A stretch of 39,574 nt of DNA from Methanomassiliicoccales archaeon (lineage in GTDB: Archaea > Thermoplasmatota > Thermoplasmata > Sysuiplasmatales > Sysuiplasmataceae). Positions 37,417 through 39,574 of this stretch are shown in pieces. Position 1 is the first letter of the stretch; each line of letters opens with the position of its first letter. A model generated the notes under the pieces. It made no database searches and had not been told where the DNA came from. It saw only the letters and a list, made by a program, of their open reading frames with translations. The stretch covers positions 1 through 39,574 of the forward strand of contig JAVZQA010000001.1 in NCBI GenBank assembly GCA_038881315.1, given 5' to 3'. A program made the position numbers and the translations under genes.

Positions 37417-38574
37417 TTGAAGTCAAAAGGAGTTTTAGAGCAGAAGGGGATGCCGCGCCTAAACTATGTTGGCAAAAAACCTGCGAGAAGCATAATTAAG
37501 AGCACAAAGCCTGGAAATCTCGAGCCGGTTTATCAGACAGGACCTGCTAGTTTTTCTGGTTGGAGGAACCTCCTGATCCTCGGTGATAACCTCCCTGTCC
37601 TGAAAACCTTGATAAATCGAATGACGGGAGAGGAAGGTGTCAGACTCATATACATCGATCCTCCATTTGCAACAGGCAGAGAATTCAACGGAATACACGG
37701 CGGGAAGGTTGTTGCATATGATGACACATTGAAGGGGGCAGATTACCTCGAATTTCTTCGAGAGCGCATCCTTTTGATGAGAGAGATAATGGCCGAAGAC
37801 GCCAGCATATATGTCCACATAGACTGGAAGATGGGGCACTATGTTCGTGTGCTTATGGATGAGATTTTCGGTGCGGAGCACTTCATAAATGACATAACAC
37901 GCATTAAGTGCAACCCGAAGAATTTCAACAGGGCAGCGTATGGCAATATCAAGGACACCATCCTGTTTTACTCCAAATCAGAGAAGTACGCGTGGTATGG
38001 TTCAAACGAAGTGATGACAGAGCAGGATATAGCGCGCTTGTTCCCTATGATAGACAAGGATGGAAGGCGCTATACAACCACTCCCCTTCATGCACCAGGC
38101 AGGACTGTCAACGGTCCAACAGGTCAGGATTGGAAAGGGCTGAGACCACCAAAGGGTAGACATTGGCGCTATTCTCCAGCACAACTTACTTCTTTGGACA
38201 ATGAGGGTCTGATCGAATGGTCGGATAAGGGCAATCCTAGGAAGAAGATTTTTGCTGATGACGCCATTACAAAGGGAAAGAAGCGGCAGGATATCTGGGA
38301 ATTCAAGGATCCCCCATATCCGAAATATCCGACTGAGAAGAACTTGGATATGCTGAAGACGATAATAAGCGCCTCCTCAAAAACGGGCGATATTGTGCTC
38401 GATGCCTTTTGCGGTTCCGGCACCACGCTTCTCGCAGCAGAAGAACTCGGAAGAAGATGGATAGGGATTGACAGCTCAAAACTGGCGATTGAGTGTGCTG
38501 CAGAGCGCTTCAGGGAGTATGAAAACGAAAATGGGAGGATTCGCCCGTATGCCATTCTCCACTCCGTACATTGA
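37417..38574 (+). CDS. Site-specific DNA methyltransferase, beta-class N6A/N4C family (probably N6-adenine)
   Basis: NLLILGDNLPVLKTL, IYIDPPFATG (motif IV at 37657..37668), YLEFLRERILLMREIM, HIDWKMGHYVRVLMDEIFG, and C-terminal FCGSGTTLLAAEELGRRWIGID (motif I). Confidence 0.85.
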   Translation: MKSKGVLEQKGMPRLNYVGKKPARSIIKSTKPGNLEPVYQTGPASFSGWRNLLILGDNLPVLKTLINRMTGEEGVRLIYIDPPFATGREFNGIHGGKVVAYDDTLKGADYLEFLRERILLMREIMAEDASIYVHIDWKMGHYVRVLMDEIFGAEHFINDITRIKCNPKNFNRAAYGNIKDTILFYSKSEKYAWYGSNEVMTEQDIARLFPMIDKDGRRYTTTPLHAPGRTVNGPTGQDWKGLRPPKGRHWRYSPAQLTSLDNEGLIEWSDKGNPRKKIFADDAITKGKKRQDIWEFKDPPYPKYPTEKNLDMLKTIISASSKTGDIVLDAFCGSGTTLLAAEELGRRWIGIDSSKLAIECAAERFREYENENGRIRPYAILHSVH

Positions 38575-38794
38575 ATTTCAACAGGTCCTTTGTAGTCATC
38601 TTGAAATGATCTGTGGGAAGAAAGGGGTGACCAACGGTGCATTGCATGCGTTCATATCATCTCTCCGAAATTCAGGTGTGTGTCTTGCTGAATGTCCATA
38701 TCGGCGCATTGTTCACCGCCGCTTATCTGCCTATGGTTACATGATGTTTAGAAAGGACTTCATCTTCTCCTTGACCGAAGCTGCCAGGACCTAA
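38549..38794 (+). CDS. Hypothetical small ORF between the two methyltransferase genes
   Basis: It is an open frame only, with no motif recognised. The start is ambiguous (ATG at 38522, 38534 or 38549) and overlaps the methyltransferase 3' end. Confidence 0.2.
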   Translation: MPFSTPYIEFQQVLCSHLEMICGKKGVTNGALHAFISSLRNSGVCLAECPYRRIVHRRLSAYGYMMFRKDFIFSLTEAART

Positions 38795-39004
38795 CATGCA
38801 TCAATGCTAAATGACAGCGCGTCTCATTCTACTCTAATACCGATATATGTCAGTCTGTATGAAACCGTATAACTGGTGCAAAATGAATGAAGTTAGGATA
38901 TGCAAGCCTTCGGACAGGTATTGGAAGGAAATATCTATTGCTGTGGATATCGCAGCCAGAGTGATTTCCTTTAGCACATGTGATGTGCTGAATGGCGATG
39001 TTCC

Positions 39005-39574
39005 ATGTACACTGATTTAGAATATAAGCAAGTGGAAATTGACTTGCATAGACCACTAAATGGTGAAGAAAGGAAATTAATTGCACTAATAAACAAGTCG
39101 TTTGGTAGAGAAGACATTTATGTGGAAAGTATGGATAATAAGATCATCTTCCATTTCAGATCCCTGGACCTTGATAAATTTAGAAAACTGACAGGTGGCC
39201 GGGATCCATTTTCCAGTGTAATAGCGGAACTGGAAAGTATCAAAAGTTATGGTATCAAGTCGGGAAAGAGGGTATATGTTGGTTACAACAAGGAACGAAA
39301 GGTAAAAAACAGGAAGGATAAGGCGAAGGAACGCAATGTGTACTTCTACGCCAGTCACAACTCCTTCTCAAAGGTAAACGTAGAAGTGCCTAATGAATTT
39401 GAAAACAGGATTATTTGCGGTGATTCTGAGGAAATTCTTAAGAAATTGCCTGATAACTGCATAGATCTTGTCTTCACATCCCCACCGTATAATTTCGGCT
39501 TGGATTATGAGAATCATGAAGATGGAACGAATTGGGAAGATTATTTCAATAAATTATTCAAAATATTTGATGAA
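39005..39574 (+). CDS. DNA methyltransferase (SPPY motif IV, N4C/N6A beta-class) with an uncharacterised N-terminal region; 3' end lies outside the window
   Basis: It is not in the ORF track because no stop falls inside the window. My translation starts at the ATG at 39005 as MYTDLEYKQVEIDLH and continues to ENRIICGDSEEILKKLPDNCIDLVFTSPPYNFG (SPPY at 39479..39490). The frame stays open to the last base. Confidence 0.75.
   Translation, partial: MYTDLEYKQVEIDLHRPLNGEERKLIALINKSFGREDIYVESMDNKIIFHFRSLDLDKFRKLTGGRDPFSSVIAELESIKSYGIKSGKRVYVGYNKERKVKNRKDKAKERNVYFYASHNSFSKVNVEVPNEFENRIICGDSEEILKKLPDNCIDLVFTSPPYNFGLDYENHEDGTNWEDYFNKLFKIFDE

Noticed and set aside
38850-39358. Two minus-strand ORFs (78 and 90 aa) near the window end.
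   Set aside because: They lie antisense to the plus-strand frame that carries a clear SPPY methyltransferase motif. Long spurious ORFs are also easy to obtain in AT-rich sequence.
1-39574. A search for CRISPR arrays, IS elements or transposases, integrases, and long direct or inverted repeats.
   Set aside because: I noticed no regularly spaced repeats and no transposase- or integrase-like translations. This was a visual scan only, so a computational repeat search could still find short or degenerate repeats.

Overview
This is a dense archaeal chromosomal segment, mostly housekeeping genes. Archaeal origin is clear from a thermosome, Sm protein, S17e, Sec61-beta, SMC-ScpA-ScpB, geranylgeranyl reductase with its ferredoxin, mevalonate kinase and a two-subunit 2-oxoacid:ferredoxin oxidoreductase. 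The gene content looks euryarchaeal and Thermoplasmata-like, but that is inference only. All product calls come from motifs read in the translations; no database search was possible.

I support about 40 CDSs, one tRNA-Arg(GCG), and a 55-codon Sec61-beta gene that falls below the ORF-track cutoff. I also call two adjacent pseudogenes forming a decayed ABC-2 exporter operon, and a few TATA-like promoter candidates. I found no CRISPR array, transposase, integrase or recognisable complete defence system.

I do not see convincing evidence of a complete novel multi-gene system inside the window. The observations most worth a second look are:
- Two tandem beta-class DNA methyltransferases in a visibly AT-richer stretch at the 3' edge. 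The second has an uncharacterised N-terminal region of about 125 aa and is cut by the window end.
- A nicotinate phosphoribosyltransferase whose conserved N-terminal ~60 codons have no ATG, GTG or TTG start and abut the pncA stop codon.
- An ABC-2 ATPase/permease pair carrying an in-frame TAA in Walker B plus at least three frameshifts, next to an intact paralogous pair and a TraB/Tiki-like gene.
- A roughly 360-bp gene-free gap holding three consecutive hairpins.
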